A stretch of DNA of 64,000 nt. It comes from Massalongia carnosa (lineage: Eukaryota). This document shows, one piece after another, positions 34,398 to 47,072 of this stretch. The position numbers were made by a program, and so were the translations under genes. Every line of letters starts with the position of its first letter. Position 1 is the stretch's first letter. Under the pieces are notes generated by a model. That model was not told the DNA's origin. It saw nothing but the letters and a program-made list of their open reading frames with translations, and ran no database searches. The stretch covers positions 1,736,001 to 1,800,000 of the forward strand of contig OZ287075.1 in assembly GCA_965645245.1 (NCBI GenBank). The letters run 5' to 3'.

Positions 34398-34678
34398 TAG
34401 GTAAGTCTATAAGGCCCCGTTCGGTAACCTCCTTATTGTTATAAGGAGCCAAAAGATGGAACCTCCTTATAATGAAAAAAGCCTTTCGTTCGGTTCGGCC
34501 TCCTCCTTGTTTTTTTAAGGAGTCTCCTTCGCGGCAAGTTCTATAATTGATATATTGCAAAGAGTCTGCAGGAATTGTTGCAGAAAGCCAAAAAAAGGTG
34601 ATCGCGAGGTCCTTTTTATTAAGGAGGGTTCTATTTGCCTCTGTATTCGACGATTGTATGTCTTTTAAATATGGAACA

Positions 34679-34931
34679 TGTAATACGGATGGCGCTAGAG
34701 GGATACGTGATCGCCTAGGGCGGTTGCGGGATTAACTAGCATGAGCCAAGCCGTAGTACGAAGTCGCATAGCCGTCCGAGTAGATTCGGGACAGACCCCA
34801 TCTGGCAGACCCCTCGTAAAGTTCTACTGCTTATTAGGACTAGCTTAAGCCTCACCCTCACACTAAATTAATAGTCCATCTACTAATGCAACGGCCCCCC
34901 GCAAGCTTCATATACCCAGTCACTTGCAACA
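34679..34931. mobile_element. Solo LTR-like element (family 3, 253 bp), no TSD
   Basis: TGTAAT...GCAACA termini; 34777-34912 recurs inverted at 37502-37639. Confidence 0.7.
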
Positions 34932-34984
34932 TTACTAATTGCTGTAGCCAATTCAAACATCACACGTAGCTAGCCTCGGATTAT

Positions 34985-36102
34985 TTGATGAGAGGTAATC
35001 ATCCCATATACGCTGCGGGAGAGAGAGGGGCGGAGCCGGAAGAGGATAAGGAAGAGGATAAGGAGGAGGTATGGGGGGAGGGTGAGGATGAGATGGAAGA
35101 GGAGGATGATGAGGAGATGGAAGAGGAGGATGAGCAGGAGGTGAGAAGAAGGAAAGGCGAAGGGGGAGAAGTGAAGAAGGACGGTGATAGATATCGCCGC
35201 GGTGGAGTTGATATGATGCAATCTGCAGCGTTTGAGGCAATGGATTTGCACAAATCAATGGAAAATTCACATCGAGATGAGGAGTATGCTCGAGCACACG
35301 TAGCAAACAGCGCCAAATTCAATCAGCAATGGCTGAAAAGGGAGTCGGCTAGATCTCTTATCTCCACAACTTTCCCTGATGAAATCCGACCGAAGGAAAA
35401 CCTCAGGTTGAAAAAGGGAGGAAGTCGTCGGCGTGCTTACACTGGCCGCGAGGCAGCTGAGGCAGATGAGGCTAATCAGCGACGTGCTAGACGTAGGGAC
35501 TCGATTGAATAAGGGAGAAGGCGACGGCATGATAAACTGCGTGAAAGCGATGAAAACGAGAGTGTGATTAGCGATGGTAAAAACCCACGATATAAGCAAA
35601 TCGACGCAGCGTGGCTAACATATGATGTAGTAGATTTGACTGAAGATGCGGTCATTGTCTCCGACGACGATGACCTGCATTATGTAGACACTCAGCAGAT
35701 TCCCGATCCTTCTACGGGCCTCACACTTCCTTCGAATGACAAAGATGCATCTTCAACGTATTCCGATTCGTTTGAAGATATTGATGAAGTGTTGACGAAA
35801 CATAGTCAAAAGTCTTATCTCAAACGGCCCCGTCCCTTTATAATCTTAGTCAAAATCTCCGCCTCAGTCAGTTGCCTCCTACTTGGTCTGCCACAACGCG
35901 AAGGTCTCGGGATGTAGCCAAAAAATCAAAGGTTCTGTTGGAGTTGGAGTCTCAGCAAAAGGCTGAACAAGCAGATAAACAGGCTAGGGCCGAGGCGAAG
36001 AAGCAGGCGGCAGCTATGAAGATTGCTAGGACTATGAAGCCTAGAAAGGAGGATGTTTCGCAACTGATTGATGAGTTTTCAGAGTTGAGGTCATCGCAAT
36101 GA
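34985..36102 (+). pseudogene. Fragmented acidic/charged ORF, probably the C-terminal part of a DNA-transposon protein (MULE-like?)
   Basis: Consecutive plus-strand ORF pieces with a Glu/Asp tract and RRAYTGREAAEA, embedded in a TE nest. The family assignment is tentative. Confidence 0.3.
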
Positions 36103-36173
36103 GTTGTATATAATAGTAATGAAATAGTAGAGTGCAGACTTTTTCATACAGTCAATCTGGATATAACGACTTA

Positions 36174-37490
36174 CAGTCCCGTGCCGGCCCAACCCGAGAT
36201 TTTCGTGATTTCGCGTTTTCAACTCATCAACCCCCCATCTTCCACCTCATCATTTCACCATGCTTCGTGCTTCTTTGACCCCCATAAGTGGTAATCGGCC
36301 TCGTAACACTGAATTGACGCCATATCAACATGGTATGATTGTTGGGGCCCAGGCGTTGGGGCACACACCGACCGAGATTGAGAAGACTCTTAATTTCACT
36401 AAATCGATCGTGCAGAGCACCATTCAGAAGCACTCAATTCGCAACAACGGCGTGTCTAAATCACGTTCTGGACGGCCTGAAGTGCTGTCAGAACGCGATC
36501 GACGTTATATCATCAAGCATGCACGAATCAATCCACGAATCACTTATGCACAAATCAAACTAGAAGTGGGGCTTGGCTGCAGTCGTACGACCATTTATCG
36601 GGCACTCAAACTGTATGGTTTAACCAACTGGGTGGCTAAAAAACGACCTTTATTGACGCCTGAGGTGGCCAAGAAACGATTGGATAGGTGCTTGCTGCGG
36701 CGTGAGTGGACTTTTGAGCAGTGGTCAAGAGTTTTATGGTCAGATGAGTGCTCGGTGGAAAAGGGGTCAGGAAAACAGCGTCAGTGGGTGTTCAGATTGC
36801 CGAAAGAAAAATGGAATAAAGGGATGATACAACCTGTCCCCAAAGGCAAAGGAGTCAGTGACATGGTTTGGGCAGCTTTTTGGGGAGATGACAGGTCAGA
36901 TCTTTACAAATTGGCTCGGGATTTTGCTGCGAAGAAGATGGGGTACTCGGCGAACTCATATCTGGAATTATTGAACGATAATCTGCTTGGAATTTGGCAA
37001 CCGGGCCTCATTTTCATGCAGGATAACGCACCTATACATAAGGCTAAAAAGGTGATGGAATGGTTCAATGAGAACGGCATAGAGGTCATCAATTGGCCCC
37101 CATATTCACCTGATTTAAATCCCATCGAGCACGTTTGGTATGTGTTCAAAAAGCTCGTCTATCAAGTCAACCCGAACATAGATTTGGTGATCGGCAGTGA
37201 TGAAACTGTTCGTGAGGTACTTTGGAAAGCGTTAGAAGAAGCCTGGACGTTGATAGATGTGAAAATGATGAGGAGGTTAATAGAGAGCATGAATAGGAGG
37301 ATAAAAGCGTGTATAGCGTCGGAAGGATGGTATACTAAATAATAAAAATCAAATTTTTGTTTAGTATGTATGTAATCATTATGTAAAATTTCAAGACATT
37401 TCAGCAATCATGACGTGGTTGATTGTTGATTGAATAGAATGATTGAAATGTTGGTGGGGTGCGGGGCCGCAGACTTTTGGCCTAGTACTG
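36174..37490 (+). mobile_element. Tc1/impala-like transposon
   Basis: TA|CAGT ... ACTG|TA ends around an intact transposase. The TIRs match only partially. Confidence 0.8.
36260..37342 (+). CDS. Intact DD34E Tc1 transposase (360 aa)
   Basis: RSGRP, KKRPLL, VLWSDE, and FMQDNAPIH...SPDLNPIE with exactly 34 residues between D and E. Confidence 0.95.
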   Translation: MLRASLTPISGNRPRNTELTPYQHGMIVGAQALGHTPTEIEKTLNFTKSIVQSTIQKHSIRNNGVSKSRSGRPEVLSERDRRYIIKHARINPRITYAQIKLEVGLGCSRTTIYRALKLYGLTNWVAKKRPLLTPEVAKKRLDRCLLRREWTFEQWSRVLWSDECSVEKGSGKQRQWVFRLPKEKWNKGMIQPVPKGKGVSDMVWAAFWGDDRSDLYKLARDFAAKKMGYSANSYLELLNDNLLGIWQPGLIFMQDNAPIHKAKKVMEWFNENGIEVINWPPYSPDLNPIEHVWYVFKKLVYQVNPNIDLVIGSDETVREVLWKALEEAWTLIDVKMMRRLIESMNRRIKACIASEGWYTK

Positions 37491-37492
37491 TA

Positions 37493-37660
37493 TCAGCTAG
37501 GTATGAAGCTTGCGGGGGGGACATTGCATTAGTAGATGAACTATTAATTTAGTGTGAGGGTGAGATTTAAGCTAGTCCTAATAACCAGTAGAACTTTACG
37601 AGGGGTCTGCCAGATGGGGGTCTGTCCCGAATCTACTCGATAGCCGTCGAGGTTGCTACA
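37493..37660. mobile_element. Inverted partial copy of LTR family 3
   Basis: 37502-37639 is the reverse complement of 34777-34912 with few differences; ends in CTACA. Confidence 0.8.
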
Positions 37661-37965
37661 TCGCCACCTTGACACAACGCTATCTTACCACAACGCCACC
37701 TTGCCACACAACTTCGGATTAGTTGTTAACACGTTCTAGACTGCTTACAGATCAAACACCTGTCGAGGCCGCGGTGGTAGATTGCCATGGAGTGTAAGGC
37801 GAACTCCTGTGTGGACACTAGCCGGGAACTCTATATGGAATCTACTGGCCTACTCGGAGCTACTCGATCTCTTGATGGATCAAGAGTTGTAGCAGGAGGC
37901 ACCGCTAGCTAGACGCAGCTTGAGCTCGGCCTCCCCGGTGTAAACTTCAGCTTCCACCTTTATTA

Positions 37966-38187
37966 CTACGCTGGTAGTGATGCCGGCTGAATGAACCTAC
38001 ATGACCTCGTTGTCTAGACCTTGTGTCTAGAGGCAGGTCCGCAGTGTAGCGAGGGATTCAGTCGGAGGTAACCTTCCATCGCTACGTTGGTAGTGGTGAC
38101 GGCGAAATGAAGCTACATAGCCTCGGCCTCTAGACTTTATGTTCAGAGGCAGGCTAGCAATGTGGCGAGGGATCTAGCCGGAGGTAG
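37966..38187. repeat. Diverged tandem duplication, period about 116 bp, in probable decayed retroelement sequence
   Basis: CTACGYTGGTAGTG...AGAGGCAGG...GCGAGGGAT...CGGAGGTA starts at 37966 and 38082. Confidence 0.75.
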
Positions 38188-40805
38188 AACTGTTCTACCT
38201 TGCAAGGGAAGATCTAGAAGGCTGCTCGAGGCTGACTAGATGATCCAGCGAACTTCAGGTTCGTGGATGGATCCTGAGGGATGGTTGGATGTAAGGCGAT
38301 AAGGTCAGATGTGGGTTGCAAGGCTCCTAAGGTTCCAAGGCTCCCAGGGCTATAGGCTTGGGGTGTGTAGGATAAATACCAGAACGAATCCTGTAGTATT
38401 CGTTAGCAATTAGTCTTTATTCTATGAACAACCTACGTTTGGGTCCCGTGTGACGGTTTAACTAGGATGTGGAATTGACTATCTACTGGGAAGCTATGCT
38501 CTAGAAAATATCAAAGATGCAGAAAGGAAACAAGCAAAAGGTGCTCTCTCTAGGAGTCTATATAGATAATCGCTTTACCCGATCCAGCTGTTTGTGTCTC
38601 CATCAATAAGTGAACAGTTTGGTCAAACAGTCTTTCTGCCCTTTGTCCTTTTCATCCATTTGTGTTTGCTTTAGAAGGTCGTTCTGCTGCGTCCCTTCCC
38701 TCCGTTGATTGCCCCTATGATTGCTAAAAGTTGAGTAACGGAAGCGGTTAGTGCGCCGGCAGATGCCGTACTTTCCTTTGATTGGCCTTGGGTGGATGTG
38801 GTTGAATCGTGACATCTCGGACGAGATCTCTTGGTCTGAGCACTTCCACATCCGTCGCATCTCTTATTTATCTTCTCAACAAGAGTCTCAAAGAGAATCT
38901 TCTTTATTAGGTGATTTGATTTGAGTCTCAAAGGCATGACGACGATATTAGAAGAAATATACTGAAAAACGAAGACAATTATCAATGTTGAAGGATATCA
39001 TAACAGCAGTATGCTGTTTTCTATCTAGAAAGCATCAAATTCTATCAGTTTGTGCGTAGAATTAAGTAAGCTAAGCCTCAATAGGCTTATTATCATCAGT
39101 AGCCTTTGGTGTAACTGCTACTAATTCATTTTCTTCGACAATCTACCCCTCGATGACATCAATTTATCAATAGCTTCTTATTGTAGCCGCGAATCGGACA
39201 CCAGCTTATTCAGGGGTGCAAAAAGGAGCAGTCTTAATGTTACCGAACAGACCCTAAGATGCTTTTGACAGAAACCCTAGTAAACCGTCATATTCTTACC
39301 ACCATCCCCAACCGCCATCTCTTTTCTAATTCGTCAATTTTCCTCTTCATCGCTTTCTATTGTAAAGTCCTCTCTTGACTCCACAGTTGAATAGAATCGT
39401 CATCGAGTGTAAAAGGAAAGGAGGGCTATGAAACATCAACCTGGCCCGTTCGGTCCTCATTTGTTTTCCTTGACTTAGTTACAAAACTCCGAACCTTGTT
39501 AAAAGTCAAGACACAACCAAAACACGTAAGACTTCTCTTCCTGTCACCATTCGCTTTTTTGTATGTAATTATCAGGCTTTCCTGTGGACTGAGCTCCTCT
39601 TCTACATGGACATCACCCACATCGAGTCACTTTCATCCCCTGTCCGAGTTGTAGAGCGCGTACGATATGAAACAAGGTTACGATAGGATGCGGTCTTATG
39701 AGAATGGCAACGGCAATAAAGATAAAATCATGAACTCAAGAACTCAAGAGACGGAAGCCATATTCCCTCCAAACCCACTAGTAACTACCTAGACTTCTCT
39801 CCAACGACAGAAAGGATCCATCTTATGCACATACCTCATTAGCTTATCAGCTCCTTATAATCATGCATGTGCTTACCTAAATGTATGTAAGAATGCTAAG
39901 GTCACACTGATGCCTTCTTTTTTGGCCCCCCTAAACACAAAGGATCCACCTTGTCGAGCCCCAATTTAGATTTCCAACTATCCGAGAAGGTAACGTTAGG
40001 TATACGTGTTTCGCGAGTAAAAGCCAGCCCCGGGCAGTGAAGAAGTGTAAACTAACTTCGAAAATCTCGGTTTCCGGACTAGTTTTTCATTCTTCGATGG
40101 GCTGAGGATTCGCAGGCCTGCTATGGCCAGCCCCTGTTCTAAGATTCACTCTTGCCATTAGTGCTGGGTGGAGGGGGAAGCTTCCTCCAGAGAACTTTCT
40201 ACATCTCCTATTGTGGGAAATCCCGAGTCACCGTACCAAGAATTGAATATGTCACCCGCTGAATGTTTAATTAAAGGTTTAACGAAGGGCGAGACTCCTA
40301 TGGGACAGGCGGAGGCTGCTGCCTTTTCTTTTCCTCCTTCTTTTTGTTGAGCCTTTTATACTCTAGCAGAGCCTAGCAAAAATATTTGAACCTAGGATGT
40401 TTCTTGTGAATTCTTTAAGCTTTGAAAGGTAAAGGACTGTTTTGGTTGATTATAGGAGCGCCCTTTGAAAAAAATTTGGAAGACGATTTTTCAGATAGTA
40501 TGTCCCTCTAGCTGGAGTATATTTGCATTTGACTTCGGTCTACTGATGGACCAGGCTAGGAGGCGAACACGATTGACCGATTTTCAGATCGAAACAATTT
40601 CAGCACAACATATTTTCTCCCTATGACAAAATCCATAGTCCACGCACACGGGACAAACCTCAAAGCATCCAGTCAGTTCAAAGGATTCTTCTCCTTTGAT
40701 CATGCAATTCGGCGGTCTATTCTCAGAAGTTGTGTCACCCTAAAAGGATGTTTATCCCTGTACTCGTATAGAGTACATATCTTAGCTTAGGTAAGTATGG
40801 AATGT

Positions 40806-40882
40806 CCCGTATCGGTCGGGCTTCGACCGGTGACATATCAGTGGGTGACATCAGCATCATCATCATCATCATCATCATCATC
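40806..40882 (+). mobile_element. Extremely 5'-truncated LINE tail with a (CAT)n run
   Basis: CCCGTATCGGTCGGGCTTCGACCGGTGACATATCAG is about 30/36 identical to the shared LINE tail and is followed by about 9 CAT units. Confidence 0.75.
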
Positions 40883-43772
40883 GTAATTATTTCCCTCATG
40901 CTTGTTATGGATCCTTAACGCCTATCAAGGCTATCAGCGCGCTGTTGATCATTCAGATCTCGATGTCAATTTTTACTTTGAGCCGGAGGCCGGGATAGAT
41001 CCATGATTCTGCTCTCGGCCCTTAAAGTTTGAGTTCTCAGGAAGAGTGTAAAGATTGGTCCATCCATGTATTGGCCAAATTACCAGCTCAGCTCACTTTC
41101 TTGAATCCCTTGAAACCTCTGGAAATCTTGAGAAGAATTCTCCTGCTGCTTGCTCATCGTCCACTTCTTTTTTCGAATTATTTCCAAATCCAGCACTGAA
41201 CGAGACAGCACTTGGAAAACAATACTACCCATTTCAAGCCTTTAAAATCTAGAAATTAGTAAAGCTACTCCCATTACTAGCAGAACCGACCCCAATTTAG
41301 GTCAAAATACCTAGTATTGACCAAACCGCATCCCTCGGGACCTCTGATGGTTTAAAATCTCTGCTCGGCTACCTAAATCGATAAGGCGCGCATGAAGAGA
41401 AGAGCCTAAACGGTGTTTTATTACTTACATTGGAAGCCGGATAGCCCTCATAACAGCCGTGAAAGTTGGTTTATCGCATATAGACGAATCTATGGACTTT
41501 TCCGGTACTTGTCTCACCATTCTGATTTAGAACTCCCCTCTTCGATGCACATTATTTTCGAAGCTCGTATCCAGCCAGGCAAGTTTCACTGTGAGACATA
41601 AGATTCTTAGGAGGGCGAGCAGAACAAAAAGTGAGCAGGAATAGCAGAAAGAATCCAGTAGGGATTTCTGTAAATCAAGGTTTCAAGTCATTGTAAACAT
41701 CTTGTTGGTAATAGCAAGTGGTATTGCGTAAGCTGTAAGTATTGCGACTCAAATCACACTGAAAAAAAGGGAAATTTATGCAAGACAGACTTTACAGAAA
41801 GACCAAGTTTGGGAGCTCAATCAGCCGAGGACTCTTTGGCAGCTCGATCGACTGCTTTGTCTGAACAGGCCTGAGGTATCGTGGTTTTCACAATTTTCGG
41901 TCTTCGAAAAAGGGTATGTTGTGATTAGCAGTTGGTCCGGTCTAAAGGTGGGCAGTAAAAACAGAGGAAAGAAAGGTTAGCATTTGGTACCGTGTCACCT
42001 TCTGGTTAGATGCAAAACATTGTGAAAATGCTTTATTCGCAATAATTGTAAAGACATAATTGAATCTGATAAGACGAAGGTTGGTTATGCACCGACTTAA
42101 AACAGAAGTCAATCACGGTTAAAGAAAAGTATAACATGTTTACAAACAAATAGAAAGGACTTCTCCGATCGTCGGAAACACTCATCCAATGTTACCACGC
42201 CACGTCAAATCTACCTCCTGGGTATAGAACACGTATCTAGTGATCCCGAATGTTGTACAAGCTAGATAATCTGCACCCAATCTCCGGAGTTTAGGCTCCG
42301 GCTTCAACGCAAGGTTGAATCTGTGTAGTCGGGTTCTCCTTTCCAATAGACTCAACTTTAAGACACTTCATTCAGCCTTTTTGAACGATATATACTCCAT
42401 GATCAGTAGTCAGTGTTTAAAGGAATGCGTTGAAAGAATAAACAATTGTACCAAGGGATCTGGAAGTAGCGGTGTAAGTAATACAAATTGGCATCGCGCA
42501 TCAGAAAAACGGAGTTAAACAAAATCGAGCTTGCCCGCATATCACTACCTTTACTCCAAATGTATTCTTAGAAAATCCATCAATCTCACAAGTAAATGCT
42601 CCGAAATAGTCCTATCAGGCTGGAAGAATAACGTGAGTCTATGGGATTGTACAGCAATTGCCTTGAGGTTTGGGGCTACATTTGTATGTTAGCCTTGAAA
42701 TATTCATCGTCATTTAGGCTTCAGCTTTAGCTAACCTGGCCTTAAGGCTCTAGAAATCCTCGGTGTGCCCGGTGACCGAGATAATACATAGATAATCTGT
42801 TGTAGCTATCAATTTGTTAGCAAAAGTAAGGCGTCTGAAGGCAACTATATACTCAGTATCTCTGTATCATCTGCTCGTTCGCCTCGAACCAGTCTTTATG
42901 TACTCAAAGCCATCATGAGGCTCCAATTTGCCTTGTCGAAGAGTCAAGGAGGGCTTAAGGCAGCAACGTCATTGAGCGAGTAAGACCTCCAAGATACTCG
43001 TAGAAGGCAATGGGGTTTGACAGCTCAATCAAGGAGCCAGTTTAAGGCAGCCGCTATGTGTCTCGTTTCTGCTTACCTAAATACAGTGCATAAATGATCG
43101 TCCAAATATAATGCGAATAGTCATGTTCCAAAGCCAAACGAACAACTTTGATGAAAATACCAAACCGGATGGTTAGGGGACCGATGGGAATCTTCCCTGG
43201 TCTCCTGTAGTGATTTAGACATGCGATAGTTAAATGCGGTTCTTGTTCGAAGAACTTCTGTACAAAGAATGCTTACGGCTTTCTAGATAAGGAGTGAGGT
43301 TAGGAAGTTTAAGTCGTACTGAATTGATTATGCATGAAGTGGCGGCTCTTCGGGTGTGGGTTGTGACCATTTTGCAGGCGAACAAGGCAACGAGGCAATA
43401 AATATTTAAATTGCTTCTTTGAACGCCATGCTATAATAGGCAGAATCTCGGTTGCCTTGTTGCGGACCATTTTCGCATGAGGCTCTGCGCGTGGTCAAAA
43501 TACACAGCCAGTCCTCTTGTTACTGCACTTTTGCAAACTCTGCAGCATTGATATCGCCTCAGGTCCATATCAATCTGTATACTTACTTAGCCGGTCCGGA
43601 ACTGGTCTATGACCGCCTATTGGTTCTCCTGTAACGATTTGCCACTCCGCCTACCTGGGAAAATCATACACGAATGCCCCAGGCTGACCCAGCACTGATT
43701 TTTCACACATGAAACGGAGAATCACCCGGATTGAGTGGTTCTGTGATAGTTGTCAACCACCATAACGGTATC

Positions 43773-46700
43773 ATGAGCCAGAAACCTCATTTCTTCGCTC
43801 GCAAGGTCCAGGATTGGCAGCGGTTGGCAGCACAAGGATACGTGTGTCCGATTTGCAATAATGGGTTCCAGCAAGAGCCTCACCTATGGGACCATGCGAA
43901 ACACACACATCAGAACGATCTCGGCGTGGTCAATGAAGGGGATGAACGCGCAGTACGAACACGGTTCCAAAAAACTGCGTTGGAGGCAGCGTATGTGCCC
44001 ACAAGATTCCTGATACCCCTTTCCTGGCAAGCACCAATCATGCAAGCCATAGCCTATGTCGTGGGCGTCAACCTGACTCGGCGGTGCTAATGCGGTGTTC
44101 ATAAACAGAAATAAAACCTCCCGGAGGGTGAGTCGAGGCGCCGAACCAATAAAATCAAATCTGTCGTCCAACGATAACGATTCCATGATACCAAATTTGG
44201 GAGCGGAAGATGTAAGGTCAACGTCTTCTGTCAAGCCAGTGTCTGCCCCAGGATCCACCCGCGATCCAGAAAATAAGATCAATGACATCGAGAAACTCAC
44301 CCTGAGCCCAGCTCAACTAGCCGAGACGCCCAGGGAAGCCCAACCAGGCCCACTATCTTCTTTCAACCCACTTAAGCGAGGGGCTGTGGGAGAATCAGAA
44401 CTCCCACGGTCATCCCCTGACCCATCCCTTGGGGATAGAATCGCTAGTGGACGCCGGACAAAGGCTCTTTCCGGAGGGCCATTTACCCCCAGGGATCCAG
44501 ATTTTGATAGAGAGGGATCACGTCCCAGCGAGCCAAATATCTCGCGTCATCGACAGGGTTCAACTAAACGTTTATTTGATCCTAGCGTGGACAATCCAAA
44601 TTCACATCATACCAACCGAAGGGGTAAGGTTCAGGAATCCGCCATGGCAACCCCTCGGATTTACAACAAAAGAACTCATATCTTTCGTTCAAGGAAGGCG
44701 CCTTCCGGTGATAAGGACGAATTGCATGCAAAAATACTCACCAACAATCATAATATTAATGAGCAGGACTCCCAAGATACTACAAGCCCGTCCTATGAGC
44801 CATCCAAGTTTGGAGGAAATCATTTCCCCAGTCAAGATGATACTGAAGTCCTAAGATCAAGCGTGGCAATAGATTGGGAGCCAGAGCCAGAGATTCTATT
44901 ACAGCCAGAGACAAGGCCCATCTCCCATGAGCAACTTTTAGTGGAGGTTAAAGGTATTTATGCTGGTTTGGTCATGGTGGAAGCCAAGTGTATCGATGTA
45001 GATGACAAGCAATCTCAAGCGGCCCAGGAAAAAGATCCCTCTCGCCAAACCAGCTTAAGCAACGAGCAGTTGCAGGCGTTAATTGCTCTTCATAAAACCC
45101 TACTACACGAGCATCATGATTTCTTTTTGGCTTCGCAGCATCCCTCCGCCAGCCCGGCTTTGAGTAGGCTCGCAGCTAAGTATACGATGCCGGCGAGAAT
45201 GTGGCGTCACGGCATTCATGCGTTTCTTGAAGTCCTTCGACACCGGCTTCCTCAATCATTGGATCATATGCTCGCTTTCATTTATATTGCCTATTCAATG
45301 GTAGCTTTGCTTTACGAGACCGTCTCAACTTTTGAAGACACCTGGGTCGAGTGTCTTGGTGATCTAGGCAGATATCGCATGGCCATTGAAGACGATGACA
45401 TTCGAGATCGCGAGGTCTGGAGTGGAGTTGCTCGATTTTGGTATAGTAAAGCAGCAGATAAAAGCCCAGACGTCGGTCGCCTTTATCATCATCTTGCGAT
45501 TCTTGCGCGTCCGTATACCTTGCAACAGCTATCTCTTTATACGAGAGCGCTAACGTGCGTGGCGCCGTTTGAAAGTGCTCGTGGAAGTATCATGATGCTT
45601 TTCACTCCAATCCTTAATGGCAAAGAATCATCATATCATCGATCATCCTCGTTTGAAACGAAGTTTATCAAGGCTCACGGGTTGCTTTTTACTGGAAAGT
45701 CGTTGAAAGAGTTTGATGCAATTGTTAACGAGCTAAACGATGGTGTACTTGACAACTATATCGGTCGAGTAACTGCTAAGTTCAAGGAGCAGAGCGTTTA
45801 TGTTGCAGTCACAAATATTGCTGCTCTTTTCGAGTACGGCGGGATCGTGAGGCAAGCAGGCCCTCCGACATCGATATTTGGCCCTGCGTTTGAAGCTCTT
45901 CGAGAGAGTGACTCGAAGACCCAAGCTAGAGAACAGCAATCTAAGTCAGCGTCGCAATCCCTTTTTGATAATTCTTTCGACGTGAACAGCGATACCGCTG
46001 GATCTTCTTCACTTCTCTCAAATCAGGCAACGCTCGAGGGTCTTACGTCATCAGAAATGGAATCCTCCATGACTCTTATTCGTCATGCGTCCAAGCTAGC
46101 ATTTGTCACATTTGCACTCTGTCTACAACGGATTGGCGACAAGAACGTTCTTCCTCTTTTGGGGGTCTACTTTATCTTTCTTTACGATCTTACACGTATC
46201 AAGAATCCAAAAATAAGCCTAGAAAGCTACGTTCCTTGGGCCGAGATGTGTGCTTTCCTCAATGCTTTAGCAAAACCTGATGCTTTGACCTCCAGAATTT
46301 TTGACTCTAAATTCCCTGGGTCCAAAGAACCACCACCTTTGAAAGAATTGGGTAGTCAACCACGAGCGAAAGACTCAGAAGATCGACCTCTTCCTGAAGA
46401 TTTTATCATGCGAGGACAATGGTATTTTCCAAAGTCTCGGTTCAATCATACATTGATTGACGACGAAGAACGCTCTATAGAACAACCATCCATGGCTGCC
46501 GCACGTGTAGAGAGAATCCTTTGGGCAGGATATCACATGGGCTCTGTATGTGTGGCGTCTCTTTTAAGCTCCCGTTTACTAATATAAATAAGTCTAAGGA
46601 TAATACCTGGATTTACTACGATCCAGAAACTCGGAAATTTTCTACAAAAGAGCCTGAAACAAGCTTACCGGTTTCAGTGGATGATAATACTATGTCGGGT

Positions 46701-47072
46701 TTTGATGCTGATGAGGACTTTTCCAAAGACGAAAATAGCGAGTCCCTGGTTGCTCCGGATCCGCTTGGCTCCGCTAATGGAGGCCCACAACTCATGCCTT
46801 CGACCGAGGGAAATGAGCCCACGAAAACAAATTTACCTGAGCTAGCCGGGAGCGACATTATAATGGCTGACGCCGATGCAGAAAAGCCCTGCTCTCTTCC
46901 TTCGTCTAAGGTTCTCCAAACCCCAAATATCATGATTAAAACGAGGGATGGCGTCGAATCCAACTTTCATCCAAAGGGAGCTCATGAGATTCACTACGCT
47001 TTTGACCCTCGAAAATTAGAGAAGATGCGTAGCTTTGATCGCGACATAAACAAAGAGTATTCCAAAACATGA
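43773..47072 (+). CDS. C2H2 zinc finger + Est1/SMG6-like DNA/RNA-binding domain protein (about 1040 aa); exons 43773-43990, 44109-46545, 46593(or 46599)-47072
   Basis: CPIC-x12-H-x4-H in exon 1. QPETRPIS.EQL..EVKGIYAGLVMVE, ALHKTLLHEHHDFFLASQHP, WVECLGDLGRYRMAIE, GRLYHHLAILARP and RPLPEDFIMRG. Both GTATGT..CTAAT..AG introns splice in frame. Confidence 0.9.

Larger units (their letters stand above)
34413..39254. mobile_element. Possible PIF/Harbinger-type element shell containing nested insertions
   Basis: TAA|GGCCCCGTTCGGTAAC ... GTTACCGAACAGACCC|TAA (13/16 inverted match) with AAGGAG/CTCCTT subterminal motifs. No transposase was recognised. Confidence 0.45.

Noticed and set aside
40623..40790. 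55-aa ORF with internal CVTL and CLSL motifs
   Set aside because: No terminal CaaX and no repeated peptide; consistent with chance.
43884..44300. Antisense ORF containing WCLPGKG, reminiscent of an alpha-pheromone repeat
   Set aside because: Single occurrence, no Kex2 KR sites or proper Cys spacing, and antisense to a well-supported gene.
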